From an uncultured Streptococcus sp. (GTDB lineage Bacteria > Bacillota > Bacilli > Lactobacillales > Streptococcaceae), in the NCBI GenBank assembly GCA_963522395.1, contig CAUQZY010000001.1:6973-70972 (forward strand): 64,000 nt of DNA, read 5' to 3'. The number at the start of each line of letters is the position of its first letter. Within the stretch, counting starts at the first letter, position 1. The notes beneath the pieces were generated by a model that was given only the letters and a program-made list of their open reading frames with translations, did no database searches and had not been told where the DNA came from. The position numbers and the translations under genes are program-made. Below, one piece after another: positions 39,330 through 52,662 of the stretch.

Positions 39330-39812
39330 TTAAATCACATGACGTTCAAAGGCATCATCTGAAATCCCTTGTTCCAAGATGAGTTTTGCCCATTCTTTAG
39401 CAGAAAAGAGGCTGTGATCCTTGTAGTTTCCGCAAGATTCGATGGTTGTTCCAGGGACGTCTTCCCAAGTAGTAGTCTCAGCGATTTCCTTGAGCGAATC
39501 CTTGATAACAGCCGCAATTTCAGCGCTGGTGTGGCGCCCCCACATAATCATGTGGAATCCTGTACGGCAACCAAATGGTGAACAGTCAATCATACCGTCG
39601 ATGCGGGTACGGATGAGTTTGGCTAAAAGGTGCTCGATAGTGTGAAGGCCAGCAGTAGGGATTGAGTCTTCGTTTGGTTGTACTAAACGAATATCGTAAT
39701 TGGAGATGATGTCTCCCTTTGGCCCTGTTTCTTCCCCAATCAAGCGAACATAGGGTGCTTTAACAATGGTGTGGTCAAGTTCAAAACTTTCGACAATAAC
39801 TTCTTTTGACAT
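39330..39812 (-). CDS. luxS: S-ribosylhomocysteine lyase
   Basis: HTIEH, GCRTGF and CGNY motifs. Confidence 0.98.
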   Translation of the reverse strand: MSKEVIVESFELDHTIVKAPYVRLIGEETGPKGDIISNYDIRLVQPNEDSIPTAGLHTIEHLLAKLIRTRIDGMIDCSPFGCRTGFHMIMWGRHTSAEIAAVIKDSLKEIAETTTWEDVPGTTIESCGNYKDHSLFSAKEWAKLILEQGISDDAFERHVI

Positions 39813-39907
39813 GGTAAATCCTTTCAGTTTTCTTCTTTACATTATAACATAAAGCCGGCTCCTGAGACAGAGAGAAAACCTCTCCGAGAGTGGAGAGGTT
39901 GAAATCG

Positions 39908-41392
39908 TTACTTACGATACAAGCGGTCGTATTGGTAGTAAGGGTCAAAGGTTACATTGATACCTAGTTTGCGAAGGACATTCTTGTCTTCATCGGTTAA
40001 GATGATGGTTGAGTGGGCTTCGCTTCCTTTGAGGTTGCCAAGTTCTTCCATGGCGCGGGCAGCGTCGGGATTTTCCGTAGCTGTGATAGCTAGTGCAATT
40101 AGGATTTCATTTGAATGAAGGCGTGGATTGCGGCTACCGAGATGATCGATTTTAAGACCTTGGATTGGCTTAACAACTTCAGGTTCGATTAGTTTTACTT
40201 CCTTGGCAATGTTGGCTGATTTCTTGATAGCGTTGATAAGAGCAGCGGCTGTAGGGCCAAAGAGTTCTGAGTTCTTACCTGTGACGATTTCCCCATTTGG
40301 TAATTCAAGGGCTAGGGCTGGTCCGCCAGTTTCTTCAGCTTTTTGGCGTGCAGCAACAGCAACCTTGCGGTCTGCAGGTGTGATACCGAGGTCGTTCATG
40401 AGCAACTCAATTTTCTTGACAGCAGATTCGCCCACTTTTTCGGCTTTGAAATCAAGAACAGTCTGATAGTAGCGACGGATGATTTCTTGTTTAGAGGCGT
40501 CGATAGCAGCCTCATTATCTGTAATAGCGAAACCAACCATGTTGACACCCATATCTGTCGGAGAAGCGTATGGAGATTTACCAAGGATACGTTCTAACAT
40601 GCGCTTGAGCACTGGGAATATCTCGATATCACGGTTGTAGTTGACAGTGGTTTCTCCGTAGGTTTGGAGATGGAAGGGGTCAATCATGTTGACATCATCA
40701 AGGTCAGCTGTGGCAGCCTCGTAGGCCAAATTGACTGGATGATGAAGGGGAAGATTCCAAACTGGGAAGGTTTCAAATTTAGCGTAGCCAGACTTGATGC
40801 CATTGATTTGGTCGTGGTACATATTGGACATACAAGTTGCCAATTTTCCAGAACCAGGTCCAGGAGCGGTTACGACAATCAAGTTACGACTGGTTTTGAT
40901 GTAGTCGTTTTTCCCCATACCTTCTGGAGAAATGATGTGATCCATATCTGTTGGGTATCCTTTGATTGGATAATGAAGATAAGAATCAATTCCGTTTTTA
41001 TCGAGTTGATTGCGGAAGGCATCTGCAGCAGGTTGGCCGGCGTATTGTGTGATGACCACTGAGCCGACAAAAATTCCCAGTTCATTGAATTTGTCAATCA
41101 AACGGAGAACTTCTTGGTCATAAGAAATGCCCAAGTCACCACGTGCTTTGGAATGTTCGATGTTGCTAGCGTTAATGGCAATCACAACCTCAACCTGCTC
41201 TTTCAACTCTTGCAAGAGCTTGATTTTGTTGTCTGGCTCATAGCCAGGAAGAACACGAGCAGCGTGGAAATCTTCTAACATTTTGCCACCAAACTCCAAG
41301 TAGAGCTTGCCGTCAAATTGGTTAATGCGCTCCAAAATGTGGTCGCGTTGTAAATTCAAATATTGTTCAGAACTAAAAGCTTGTTTTTTCAT
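39908..41392 (-). CDS. DUF1846-family P-loop protein
   Basis: [16 protein letters not shown] and APGPGSGK motifs. Confidence 0.85.
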   Translation of the reverse strand: MKKQAFSSEQYLNLQRDHILERINQFDGKLYLEFGGKMLEDFHAARVLPGYEPDNKIKLLQELKEQVEVVIAINASNIEHSKARGDLGISYDQEVLRLIDKFNELGIFVGSVVITQYAGQPAADAFRNQLDKNGIDSYLHYPIKGYPTDMDHIISPEGMGKNDYIKTSRNLIVVTAPGPGSGKLATCMSNMYHDQINGIKSGYAKFETFPVWNLPLHHPVNLAYEAATADLDDVNMIDPFHLQTYGETTVNYNRDIEIFPVLKRMLERILGKSPYASPTDMGVNMVGFAITDNEAAIDASKQEIIRRYYQTVLDFKAEKVGESAVKKIELLMNDLGITPADRKVAVAARQKAEETGGPALALELPNGEIVTGKNSELFGPTAAALINAIKKSANIAKEVKLIEPEVVKPIQGLKIDHLGSRNPRLHSNEILIALAITATENPDAARAMEELGNLKGSEAHSTIILTDEDKNVLRKLGINVTFDPYYQYDRLYRK

Positions 41393-41535
41393 TTTTTTAC
41401 CTCTGACCTCTATTATAATAAAAAATTGGAAGTTAGGAAACTATGGAGTTAAAAAAGGAATCAAAAAGATTAGGCAAACGCTTGCATAAAACTCTGAAAA
41501 ACGCTATCATAGACTGTAGATTATTAAAATAATGA

Positions 41536-43152
<1,617 letters not shown>

Positions 43153-43347
43153 ATATTTTTTACAGAAAAATCTAAAATCGAAATCGTATAAAAACAAGGG
43201 AGGACTGTATGAAAGACAGAAATTCTTTGTTTTTTTATTCCTAAAGTTTATAAACTTTCATTCTAGAAATTCAATTAACTTTACAAATTTCCACTATTTT
43301 GGTAAAATAAGCTTATGTTATAAAAACTAACATAAAGGAGAAAGAAG

Positions 43348-45306
43348 ATGAAGACAAAAAAGCGTGTCCTTAGTGCAGGTCTGACTTTTGCGGCTGCCTT
43401 GCTTTTAGCTGCTTGCGGACAATCAGGTTCAGATACAAAAACTTACTCATCAACCTTTAGTGGAAATCCAACTACATTTAACTATTTACTAGACTACTAC
43501 GCTGATAATACATCGATTATCACCAACTTAGTTGATGGTTTGCTTGAAAATGACAATCACGGAAATCTAGTTCCGTCTTTAGCGGAAGACTGGTCTGTTT
43601 CAAGTGACGGTCTGACTTATACCTATAAATTGAGAAAAGATGCCAAATGGTTCACAGCTGACGGTGAAGAGTACGCCTCAGTTAAGGCACAAGATTTTGT
43701 GACAGGGATCAAGTACGCAGTGGATAATAAATCACAGGCCATTGACTTGATTCAAAACTCAATCAAGGGCTTGAATGATTATATTACAGGAGCAGATTCT
43801 GACTTTTCTAAGGTTGGGGTCAAGGCCATTGATGACCAGACTGTTGAGTATACTTTGACACGCCCAGAGCCTTACTGGAATTCAAAAACAACCAACAGTA
43901 TTCTTTTCCCAGTAAATGAAGAGTTTCTAAATTCAAAAGGGAAAGATTTTGGTACCCTATCTCCAGATAGTATTCTTTACAGCGGACCTTATTTGTTAAA
44001 AGACTTCACATCAAAATCATCGATCGAGTATGTGAAAAATCCTCATTACTACGATCACGATAAGGTATCGATTGAGCGCGTGAAATTGGCTTATTTTGAC
44101 GGCTCAGACCAAGAATTGACTATCCGTAACTTTGAAAGCGGAGCTTATTCAATCGCTGGTGTTTATCCAAATAGTTCTAACTTCGCTAAGACAAAGGAAA
44201 AATATAAGAATAATATCATTTACAGTTTGCAGGACAAGACTTCTTGGTATTTCAATTTCAACGTCAACCGTAAGGCTTACAATCACACTGCTAAAACGAC
44301 AGATGAGCAGAAGAAGTCAACTGAGACAGCTGTCTTGAACAAAAACTTCCGTCAAGCGGTGAACTTTGCCTTGGACCGCACAGCCTATTCTGCTCAGTCA
44401 AATGGGGAAGAAGCAGCTAGCAAGACTCTTCGTAACACCTTAGTGCCTCCTACATTTGTCCAAGTTGGAGACAAGACCTTTGGAGAAGTAGTCGCTTCTA
44501 AATTGGTCAACTATGGCACAGAATGGTCAGATATTAACTTGGCAGATGCCCAGGATGCCTATTTCAACAAAGAAAAAGCCCAAGCAAAATTTGCGGAAGC
44601 TAAAAAAGAATTGGCAAGTCAAGGTGTGACCTTCCCTATTCATTTGGATGTGGCAGTTGATCAGACGAATAAAAATGCTGTGACAGGTATGAACTCTGTT
44701 AAACAGACTCTTGAATCAGTTTTGGGTGCTGATAATATTGTCATTGATGTTCAGCAACTGTCAACAGATGATTTTAATAACGTAGCCTTCTTGGCACCAA
44801 CACCAGCTGATCGTGACTATGATTTGAATTTTGATGGTTGGGTAGGTGACTATCAGGATCCATCAACTTATCTCAATCCTTTCAATGCAGAGGATGGGTT
44901 CTACCTCAAGATTTTTGGTTTAGATGCTCAAGAAGATAAAGCTAAGATTGCTAGCTTGGGGCTTGATACTTATACCAAGATGCTCAAAGATGCAGATAGT
45001 GAAAATAAAGATGTAGCAAAGCGTTATGAAAAGTATGCTGAAGCTCAAGCTTGGATGATCGATAACTCTCTCCTTATGTCAGCTATGTCAAATGGTGGTA
45101 CAGCTTCTGTAACTAAAGTGACACCATTTACAAGAGGTTATTCATTGGTTGGTATCAAGGGTGATGGCAATAACTACAAGTATATGAAACTGCAAAAAGA
45201 TACTGTTACAACTAAACAGTATGAAGAAGCCAAAACTAAATGGGAGCAAGAAAGCAAAAAAGCAATCGAAAAAGCTCAAAAAGAAGCAGAAAAACATGTT
45301 AAATAA
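43348..45306 (+). CDS. AliB-like oligopeptide-binding lipoprotein (probably AliD/ORF2 type)
   Basis: Lipobox LAAC; AmiA/Ali-family motifs; located between dexB and wzg. Confidence 0.88.
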   Translation: MKTKKRVLSAGLTFAAALLLAACGQSGSDTKTYSSTFSGNPTTFNYLLDYYADNTSIITNLVDGLLENDNHGNLVPSLAEDWSVSSDGLTYTYKLRKDAKWFTADGEEYASVKAQDFVTGIKYAVDNKSQAIDLIQNSIKGLNDYITGADSDFSKVGVKAIDDQTVEYTLTRPEPYWNSKTTNSILFPVNEEFLNSKGKDFGTLSPDSILYSGPYLLKDFTSKSSIEYVKNPHYYDHDKVSIERVKLAYFDGSDQELTIRNFESGAYSIAGVYPNSSNFAKTKEKYKNNIIYSLQDKTSWYFNFNVNRKAYNHTAKTTDEQKKSTETAVLNKNFRQAVNFALDRTAYSAQSNGEEAASKTLRNTLVPPTFVQVGDKTFGEVVASKLVNYGTEWSDINLADAQDAYFNKEKAQAKFAEAKKELASQGVTFPIHLDVAVDQTNKNAVTGMNSVKQTLESVLGADNIVIDVQQLSTDDFNNVAFLAPTPADRDYDLNFDGWVGDYQDPSTYLNPFNAEDGFYLKIFGLDAQEDKAKIASLGLDTYTKMLKDADSENKDVAKRYEKYAEAQAWMIDNSLLMSAMSNGGTASVTKVTPFTRGYSLVGIKGDGNNYKYMKLQKDTVTTKQYEEAKTKWEQESKKAIEKAQKEAEKHVK

Positions 45307-45432
45307 TAAGGAGCAGTTCTATTGGATGGTTTTTATAAAGCCGTCTTAATAGGGCTGTTTTTGGCTGTACGGGTTAGTAGTTGTCTAGTTATGTTGAATT
45401 GTAAATGAAATACTGTATTAATTTTGATTGTT

Positions 45433-45566
45433 TAATACTCAATGAAAATCAAAGAGCAACTAAGAAGATATATACAGAATCTCAAAGATTTGTTTTGAGA
45501 TTGTCTACGGTAACATATAACTATGATACGGTTGTACTGGTATGCTTTGAAGAGAAGTATCAGTAT
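45433..45566 (-). repeat. Degenerate BOX element upstream of cps
   Basis: taatactcaatgaaaatcaaagagcaac matches boxC; the remainder is diverged. Confidence 0.65.
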
Positions 45567-45618
45567 TTATGAGGTCCAAATAATCTATATCGGAGGATAT
45601 TTATAAATTCGGTAAATG

Positions 45619-45647
45619 TAGAATTTATCGTAAAAAAGTGATATAAT
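45619..45647 (+). promoter_or_regulatory. cps promoter
   Basis: TAGAAT-17-TATAAT with a TG extension, 28 bp upstream of the wzg ATG. Confidence 0.78.
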
Positions 45648-45675
45648 AGTAGCATTAAATGTATAGGTGTTAATC

Positions 45676-47124
45676 ATGAGTAGACGTTTTAAAAAATCAT
45701 GTTCAAAGAAAGTGAAGCGAAGTGTTAATATAGTTTTGTTGACTATCTATTTATTGTTAGTTGGTTTTTTATTGTTCTTAATCTTTAAGTACAATATACT
45801 TGCTTTCAGGCACGTTAATATAGTGGTCGCAGTATTTGCCTTGATGGTTGCTGTCAGTGCTACACTACTAATAATCTATAGAAAAGCCGAAAAGTTCACG
45901 ATTTTCTTTTTGACACTGGCTGTTTTAGTGAGTTCCGTTTCATTATTTACTCTGCAACAATTTGTAGGATTTACAAGTCATATTAATGCAACTTCAAATT
46001 ATTCAGAGTATTCCCTCAGTGTTGTAGTTTTAAAGGATAGCGATATCAATAATGTTGCCCAATTATCTAGTGTTATGGGGCCGACTGGGACGGATAAGGA
46101 TAATATCCAACAGTTGATGAATGATCTGAAAGCTAGTCAAAATAAGGAACTATCAGTCGAAGAAAGTAGTTCTTATCTTGCGGCTTATAAGAGCTTGCTA
46201 GCCGGTGATACAAAGGCAATCATTCTAAACAGTGTCTTTGAAAATATTATCGAATCAGAATATCCTGACTATGCTTCAAAAATTAAGAAAATCTATACCA
46301 AAGAATTAACCAAGACGGTTGAAACTCCAAAAAATGTCAAAGGTGACAGTTTCAACGTTTATATCAGTGGAATTGATACTTATGGTCCAATCAGTTCGGT
46401 TTCTCGGTCTGATGTCAATATCATTATGACAGTTAATCGCGAAACGAAAAAGATTCTCTTAACAACAACACCTCGTGATTCCTATATCCCAATTGCAGAT
46501 GGTGGCAACAACCAAAAGGATAAGTTGACCCATGCGGGTATTTATGGGGTAGATGCTTCCATTCATACACTAGAAAATCTTTATGGTATTGACCTGAACT
46601 ATTATGCTCGTTTGAATTTCACTTCTTTCTTGAAATTGATTGATCTCCTTGGTGGAGTTGATGTCTATAATGATCAAGAGTTTAATGCATATACAAATAA
46701 TGGGCAAAATTATCCGGTAGGTACACTACATTTGGATTCAAAAGACGCTCTTGGTTTTGTGCGTGAGCGCTATTCTTTGGCAGATGGAGATCGAGATCGT
46801 GGTCGCAACCAGCAAAAGGTCATTGTAGCTATTCTGCAAAAGTTAACCTCTACGGAAGCTTTGAAAAATTATGACAGTATTCTTAAGGGGCTACAAGATT
46901 CCTTGCAAACCAATATGCCGCTTGAAACTATGATGAATTTGGTCAATGCCCAACTTGAGAGTGGTGGAACTTATAAGATTAATTCGCAAGATCTTAAAGG
47001 GACAGGACGTATGGATTTACCATCCTATGCCATGCCTGATAGCAACCTTTACATGATGGAGATAAGCGATAGCAGTTTAGAGTCAGTCAAGGCTGCGATC
47101 AATGATGTGTTGGAAGGAAAATAA
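45676..47124 (+). CDS. wzg: LCP-family capsule protein CpsA
   Basis: MSRRFKK start; SRSDVN, TPRDSY and FVRERY motifs. Confidence 0.95.
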   Translation: MSRRFKKSCSKKVKRSVNIVLLTIYLLLVGFLLFLIFKYNILAFRHVNIVVAVFALMVAVSATLLIIYRKAEKFTIFFLTLAVLVSSVSLFTLQQFVGFTSHINATSNYSEYSLSVVVLKDSDINNVAQLSSVMGPTGTDKDNIQQLMNDLKASQNKELSVEESSSYLAAYKSLLAGDTKAIILNSVFENIIESEYPDYASKIKKIYTKELTKTVETPKNVKGDSFNVYISGIDTYGPISSVSRSDVNIIMTVNRETKKILLTTTPRDSYIPIADGGNNQKDKLTHAGIYGVDASIHTLENLYGIDLNYYARLNFTSFLKLIDLLGGVDVYNDQEFNAYTNNGQNYPVGTLHLDSKDALGFVRERYSLADGDRDRGRNQQKVIVAILQKLTSTEALKNYDSILKGLQDSLQTNMPLETMMNLVNAQLESGGTYKINSQDLKGTGRMDLPSYAMPDSNLYMMEISDSSLESVKAAINDVLEGK

Positions 47125-47130
47125 AACAAA

Positions 47131-47862
47131 ATGATTGATATTCATTCGCATATTGTATTTGGTGTGGATGATGGTCCTAAAACAAAGCAAGAAAGCAAGG
47201 CGCTTCTGACAGAAGCCTATAGGCAAGGGGTAAGGACCATTGTTTCGACATCGCATAGACGAAAAGGGATGTTTGAAACTCCTGAGGAGACGATAGAAGC
47301 AAACTTCCAAGAAGTTAAGGAGCTAGCCAAGGAAGTGGCTCCAGACTTGACCATTCTCTATGGAGCAGAAATTTATTATACACATGATGTGCTTGAGAAG
47401 TTAGAAAAACAGGTGATTCCAAGTCTTAATGGGACACGGTATGCTCTCATTGAGTTTAGTATGGCTACCCCTTATCGGGAAATCCATACTGCCTTGAGCA
47501 ATCTTCTTATGCTTGGGATAACGCCTGTAGTTGCCCACATTGAACGTTACCATGAATTAGAGAATAACGAAAAACGGGTCAAAGAGTTGATTGATATGGG
47601 TTGCTACACTCAAATCAATAGTTCAAGCATTTTAAAACCAAAATTATTTGGGGATAAATATAAATTTATGAAGAAACGAGCTCGCTATTTTCTAGAGCGT
47701 GACTTGGTTCATTTTGTTGCTAGCGATATGCACAATTTAGACCAAAGACCGCCTTACATGAAAGAAGCGTATGAACGTATCTCAAAACAATATGGTGAAA
47801 GAAGAGCGAGAGAATTGTTTATTAAAAATCCTCGTTTAATCTTAGCTGATCAAATTATTTAG
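47131..47862 (+). CDS. wzh: PHP-family tyrosine phosphatase CpsB
   Basis: DIHSH, DDG, AHIERY and SDMH motifs. Confidence 0.95.
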   Translation: MIDIHSHIVFGVDDGPKTKQESKALLTEAYRQGVRTIVSTSHRRKGMFETPEETIEANFQEVKELAKEVAPDLTILYGAEIYYTHDVLEKLEKQVIPSLNGTRYALIEFSMATPYREIHTALSNLLMLGITPVVAHIERYHELENNEKRVKELIDMGCYTQINSSSILKPKLFGDKYKFMKKRARYFLERDLVHFVASDMHNLDQRPPYMKEAYERISKQYGERRARELFIKNPRLILADQII

Positions 47863-47870
47863 GAGTTGAC

Positions 47871-48563
47871 ATGAAAGAAAATAAAGAAATTACGATTGAT
47901 GTTGTTCAATTGTTTAAAGTCCTTTGGAAGAAAAAAATCGCTATTATACTAACTGCGATTGTGGCAGCTGTTCTAGCTTTTGGCGTAAGTAGTTTTGTAC
48001 TGAAACCTGAGTATTCTAGTACGACACGCATTTATGTGGTCAATCGAAATCAATCGGAAAAAGTAGGTTTGACCAACCAGGATTTGCAGGCAGGTACCTA
48101 TCTAGTAAAAGACTACAAGGAAATCATCCTCTCTCAAGATGTACTGGAGAAAGTCATTTCAAATCTTAAACTAGAGAAAACAGTTAAGGAATTAAGTAAG
48201 AAAATTCAGGTAACAGTACCTGTGGATACTCGTATCGTATCAATTACTGTAAAAAATGCACAACCAGAAGAAGCGAGTCGTATTGCAAATGCTCTTCGTG
48301 AAGTGGCTGCTGAAAAAATCATTTCTGTAACTCGTGTGTCTGATGTGACAACATTGGAGGAAGCTAGACCTGCACTAACACCATCTTCACCTAATATTCG
48401 TCGAAATACCGCGCTTGCTTTCCTAGTAGGTGGTGCAGTGATGGTTGTTTCTATCTTATTGCTTGAATTATTAGATGATCGTGTTAAACGACCAGAAGAT
48501 GTGGAAGAAGTAATGCAGATTGCACTTCTAGGGATTGTTCCAGATTTGAATAAGTTAAAATAA
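47871..48563 (+). CDS. wzd: Polysaccharide co-polymerase CpsC
   Basis: Two TM segments; [12 protein letters not shown] and PSSPN motifs. Confidence 0.95.
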   Translation: MKENKEITIDVVQLFKVLWKKKIAIILTAIVAAVLAFGVSSFVLKPEYSSTTRIYVVNRNQSEKVGLTNQDLQAGTYLVKDYKEIILSQDVLEKVISNLKLEKTVKELSKKIQVTVPVDTRIVSITVKNAQPEEASRIANALREVAAEKIISVTRVSDVTTLEEARPALTPSSPNIRRNTALAFLVGGAVMVVSILLLELLDDRVKRPEDVEEVMQIALLGIVPDLNKLK

Positions 48564-48573
48564 GGGAGAAAAT

Positions 48574-49278
48574 ATGCCAACATTAGCAATAGCACAAAAA
48601 AGTTTAGATTTTGCGAAAAAAGCAGAAGAGCATTACAATGCTTTACGAACAAATATTCAATTGAGTGGTGATAATCTGAAAGTTCTTTCCATCTCGTCTG
48701 TCAAACCTGGTGAGGGGAAATCGACAACATCAATAAATATTGCTTGGGCCTTTGCGCGTGCAGGCTATAAAACTTTATTGGTGGATGCAGATATTCGGAA
48801 TTCTGTCATGTCAGGAGTCTTTAAATCAAGAGAAAAAATTACTGGCCTAACGGATTTTCTGGCAGGTACTGCTGACCTTTCTCATGGACTTTGTGATACC
48901 AATGTTGAAAATTTATTTGTTATTCAAGCAGGACCTGTATCCCCTAATCCAACAGCACTTTTACAGAGTGAAAACTTTGCTACTATGATTGATACCTTGC
49001 GTAAGTATTTTGACTATGTCATTGTCGATACGGCACCGATTGGCATGGTCATTGATGCTGCCATCATTGCGCAAAAATGTGATGCTTCTATCTTAGTAAC
49101 TGCAGCAGGTGAGACAAAACGTCGTGATATCTTAAAGGCCAAAGAACAGTTAGAACAAACAGGAACTTCATTTTTAGGTGTGGTTCTAAATAAATTTAAC
49201 ACAGAAGTTGAAAAATACGGAGCTTATGGTGGCTATGGAGCCTATGGTTCTTATGGAAATTATGGAAAAAAGAAGTAG
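48574..49278 (+). CDS. wze: BY-kinase CpsD
   Basis: GEGKS Walker A, DAD, and a C-terminal (YGx)6 cluster. Confidence 0.95.
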   Translation: MPTLAIAQKSLDFAKKAEEHYNALRTNIQLSGDNLKVLSISSVKPGEGKSTTSINIAWAFARAGYKTLLVDADIRNSVMSGVFKSREKITGLTDFLAGTADLSHGLCDTNVENLFVIQAGPVSPNPTALLQSENFATMIDTLRKYFDYVIVDTAPIGMVIDAAIIAQKCDASILVTAAGETKRRDILKAKEQLEQTGTSFLGVVLNKFNTEVEKYGAYGGYGAYGSYGNYGKKK

Positions 49279-49301
49279 GTAGAGTTAGCTAGGAGGTAGT
49301 T

Positions 49302-50651
49302 TTGGGAGAAGTATCAAATATTCGAAAATTAGAGATTCTCATAATACAACTGTTTCCAATTTATCTGTTATCGTTTATATTAGCTAGTCATGAACTTCTG
49401 GTATTTTTGATGGTGGTTCACACTATTTCTTACTACATCAGTGCATATAGTAAAAATTTCAAATATCGGAGTCTTGCAGAGGAATGTATACAAACATTAA
49501 AATATATACTGGTTTATATTTTCTTATCCTGTATAGTTTTTCCGATTTTAGAACCCAATATACCTTATTTATCGTTAATCAATCTATTATGCATTGTAGC
49601 TGTAAATTCAATTATGCTAATGGTTGTTAATATTTGGATTCGTAAGGTTTGGAAGTTCTTGTCTCGCAAAAAAAAATATACTCAGCGAATCTTGTTAGTG
49701 ACAACACGTGCACGAGTTGAGAGAGTACGAAAACAACTTTCTACTTATGAGTATGGCTATGTTTCAGCTGTTTGTATTGTAGATGATGAGCATTTTGAAG
49801 TTTCTAATTTTACAGTCGTTACGTTGGATAACTTAGTAACCTATGCTACGAGATCAGTCGTAGATCAAGTGGTGATTAATCTCCCAAGTGAAAGCTTTTT
49901 GATTGCAGACTTTGTTTCTCGATTTGAAACAATGGGCTTACCAGTAGCTGTTAATATAGCGGCTTTAGAATTTGTAACTAATAGTGAAAAAGCCATCCAA
50001 CGCTTTGGGGATTCTAGTGTTGTCAATTTTTCAACAACCTTTTATCGTTCAAGTGATGTTGCTTTAAAACGAATGATGGATATTATTGGCTCATTGATTG
50101 GGCTGGTCTTTTGTGGTATAGTATCTATTTTTCTTGTTCCTATTATAAAAAAAGATAGAGGCCCTGCTATTTTTGCTCAGGATAGAGTTGGTAGGAATGG
50201 ACGTGTATTTAAATTTTACAAATTCCGTTCTATGAGAGTAGATGCGGAGGAAATTAAGAAAGACTTGATGAGTCAGAACCAGATGCAAGGTGGAATGTTT
50301 AAGATTGAAAACGATCCACGTGTGACAAAGATTGGGCATTTTATTAGAAAAACTAGTCTAGATGAATTGCCACAATTTTGGAATGTTTTAAAAGGTGATA
50401 TGAGTTTAGTTGGTACTAGACCACCAACCTTAGATGAATACATGAAGTATACACCCGAACAAAAACGTCGTCTCAGTTTTAAGCCTGGAATCACAGGTCT
50501 TTGGCAGATTAGTGGTAGAAGTAATATTACAAACTTCGATGATGTAGTAAAATTAGATGTTGCTTATTTAGATGGCTGGACAATTTGGAAAGATATTGAG
50601 ATTTTATTGAAGACAATAAAAGTTGTAGTAATGAAAGATGGAGCAAAATAA
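49302..50651 (+). CDS. Initiating polyprenyl sugar-phosphotransferase (WcjG/WcjH-like rather than WchA)
   Basis: KFRSM, DPRVT, SLDELPQ and KPGITGLWQ motifs; TTG start after AGGAGG; followed by wciB. Confidence 0.88.
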   Translation: MGEVSNIRKLEILIIQLFPIYLLSFILASHELLVFLMVVHTISYYISAYSKNFKYRSLAEECIQTLKYILVYIFLSCIVFPILEPNIPYLSLINLLCIVAVNSIMLMVVNIWIRKVWKFLSRKKKYTQRILLVTTRARVERVRKQLSTYEYGYVSAVCIVDDEHFEVSNFTVVTLDNLVTYATRSVVDQVVINLPSESFLIADFVSRFETMGLPVAVNIAALEFVTNSEKAIQRFGDSSVVNFSTTFYRSSDVALKRMMDIIGSLIGLVFCGIVSIFLVPIIKKDRGPAIFAQDRVGRNGRVFKFYKFRSMRVDAEEIKKDLMSQNQMQGGMFKIENDPRVTKIGHFIRKTSLDELPQFWNVLKGDMSLVGTRPPTLDEYMKYTPEQKRRLSFKPGITGLWQISGRSNITNFDDVVKLDVAYLDGWTIWKDIEILLKTIKVVVMKDGAK

Positions 50652-50658
50652 ATAGAAA

Positions 50659-51450
50659 ATGTCAGTGATAAAAATAATCGTGGCCACGCATAAACAATTT
50701 GTCATGCCGCAGGATAAAGAACTTTATCTCCCAATACATGTGGGATGTGAGGGTAAAAAAGATTTAGGTTTTCAGGGAGATAATACTGGAGACAATATTT
50801 CCGTTTTAAATCCGTATTATTGTGAGCTTACCGGTCTCTATTGGGCATGGAAAAATTTAGAGTGCGACTATTTAGGTTTAGTACACTATCGTCGTTATTT
50901 TACTAAGAAGGATGTAGCCTATAAGGATTCAATAAATATAGATGCGGTTATTTTAGATAAAGATGATATTGAGAAAATGTTAGAAGTTTCAAATGTTATC
51001 GTTCCTAAAAAAAGAAAGTACTATATTGAAACTCTATATTCTCACTATGCTCACACCTTGGATAGTAGCCATTTAGACCTAGCTAGGAAAATGATTGAAG
51101 AGAAAAATCCTGAATATCTAGCAAGTTTTGATAAAGTGATGATGCAAAGAAGTGGTTATATGTTCAATATGTTTATTATGAAAAAAGAACTAGCAGATGA
51201 ATATTTCACTTGGCTATTTCCAATTTTAGATAGTATCTATGAATGTATGGATTTATCAGATTTAACCCCTTTTGAAGCCCGTCTATTTGGTAGAGTAAGT
51301 GAGTTATTATTTAATGTATGGTTGGTAAAAAACAATGTGACTCCGAAAGAAGTGCCATTTATGTATATGGAAAAAGTAAATATATTAAAAAAAGGATTAT
51401 CATTCCTACAAGCAAAGTTTTTAGGAAAAAAATATGGAAAAAGTTTTTAG
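50659..51450 (+). CDS. wciB: Galactofuranosyltransferase (DUF4422)
   Basis: IIVATHK, DNTGDNIS..N..YCELT and GLVHYRRYF motifs. Confidence 0.85.
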   Translation: MSVIKIIVATHKQFVMPQDKELYLPIHVGCEGKKDLGFQGDNTGDNISVLNPYYCELTGLYWAWKNLECDYLGLVHYRRYFTKKDVAYKDSINIDAVILDKDDIEKMLEVSNVIVPKKRKYYIETLYSHYAHTLDSSHLDLARKMIEEKNPEYLASFDKVMMQRSGYMFNMFIMKKELADEYFTWLFPILDSIYECMDLSDLTPFEARLFGRVSELLFNVWLVKNNVTPKEVPFMYMEKVNILKKGLSFLQAKFLGKKYGKSF

Positions 51451-51459
51451 GTCTTAGAT

Positions 51460-52662
51460 ATGAGTATAAAATTTAAAAAATTAACATTAGCAGAAACATT
51501 GAGTTTATTTTCACTGATACTTTTTTTACTTATTTCACTCTTAAATACGACCTTTTATGCTAGATATATATCAGGTGCAATTTATAATGTAGCGATTCTT
51601 ACTTCAGTTATTCTTTTAATAATTAAAGAATTAATTAATTATAAATTAAATTTTCAAAAAGCCATATCGTTAATAGGGGTTATAATTGTTTATGCTTTAG
51701 TTGGTAGTGTAACAGGCTTTCTATCAACATTAGCCATAAGTATTATTTTTATCTTTAGTCTAAGAGACATTTCTTTTAAGTATGTAGCGAGAACTTCTTT
51801 TTATATTAGTTTATTTACCTTAATATTTGTTGTTTTGAGCAGTCAAATTGGTTTAATTTCCAACTATGTTGAATTTTCAGAAGGAAGAATTCGGCATTAT
51901 CTGGGGTTTAGATATTCACTGTTCCCATCTACAGTGATGCTGAATATTATAGCAAGTTCATTTTTCTTAGTTCAAGACAAGATAAGCTATAAACGATTGT
52001 TTTTTTTATTTCTTTCAACTACTTGGATTTTCTTTCAAACAGATTCACGATTAACTTTTATTAGTTCTTTATTACTACTAGGAATTAACCTTGTAGTGAA
52101 ATGGTATCCATCAATTTTAAAATCTTCTCGTCTTTTATTAAAAACGTTTAAATTAACGTATATAGTAAATGCATCCTTAAGTTATTTAATTGCAAAAATG
52201 TATCTGAGTTTTTCAAGTCCTTTTTTGAATGAATTGAGTAAGAATATCAACCAATTTCTAGGTGGTCGAATTTATTATGCTAATCGTTCTATGAATATAT
52301 ATGGTTATAAATTATTTGGACAAAAGATTAATTGGATTGGGAATGGTTTAGACATCAATGGACAAAGGGGATTGAGTGAATATTTGTACGTTGATAATCT
52401 TTATATCCAAATATTACAACGATATGGATTGTTTGTTTTGGTTATACTATTGTTAATTTTTACATTAACTATACATTATCTTTTGAAGCAAAAACAATAT
52501 GTATTATCATTGATTCTGATTATATTAAGTTTCCATGCTATGATAGACGATTTAATTATAAATCTTCACTATAACATTTTTTTGATTTTGATTGGTACTT
52601 TAATGAATCAAACACAGTCTGATTTTGAATCAAATTTACAATTGGATAATGGAGAAAAATGA
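51460..52662 (+). CDS. wzy: Polysaccharide polymerase
   Basis: Very hydrophobic, AT-rich, many TM segments; RHYLGF and YVDN motifs. Confidence 0.82.
   Translation: MSIKFKKLTLAETLSLFSLILFLLISLLNTTFYARYISGAIYNVAILTSVILLIIKELINYKLNFQKAISLIGVIIVYALVGSVTGFLSTLAISIIFIFSLRDISFKYVARTSFYISLFTLIFVVLSSQIGLISNYVEFSEGRIRHYLGFRYSLFPSTVMLNIIASSFFLVQDKISYKRLFFLFLSTTWIFFQTDSRLTFISSLLLLGINLVVKWYPSILKSSRLLLKTFKLTYIVNASLSYLIAKMYLSFSSPFLNELSKNINQFLGGRIYYANRSMNIYGYKLFGQKINWIGNGLDINGQRGLSEYLYVDNLYIQILQRYGLFVLVILLLIFTLTIHYLLKQKQYVLSLILIILSFHAMIDDLIINLHYNIFLILIGTLMNQTQSDFESNLQLDNGEK

Noticed and set aside
49668..49676. A9 tract in the initiating transferase as a capsule phase-variation switch
   Set aside because: In frame (Lys-Lys-Lys) in an AT-rich gene; a single sequence gives no evidence of length variation.
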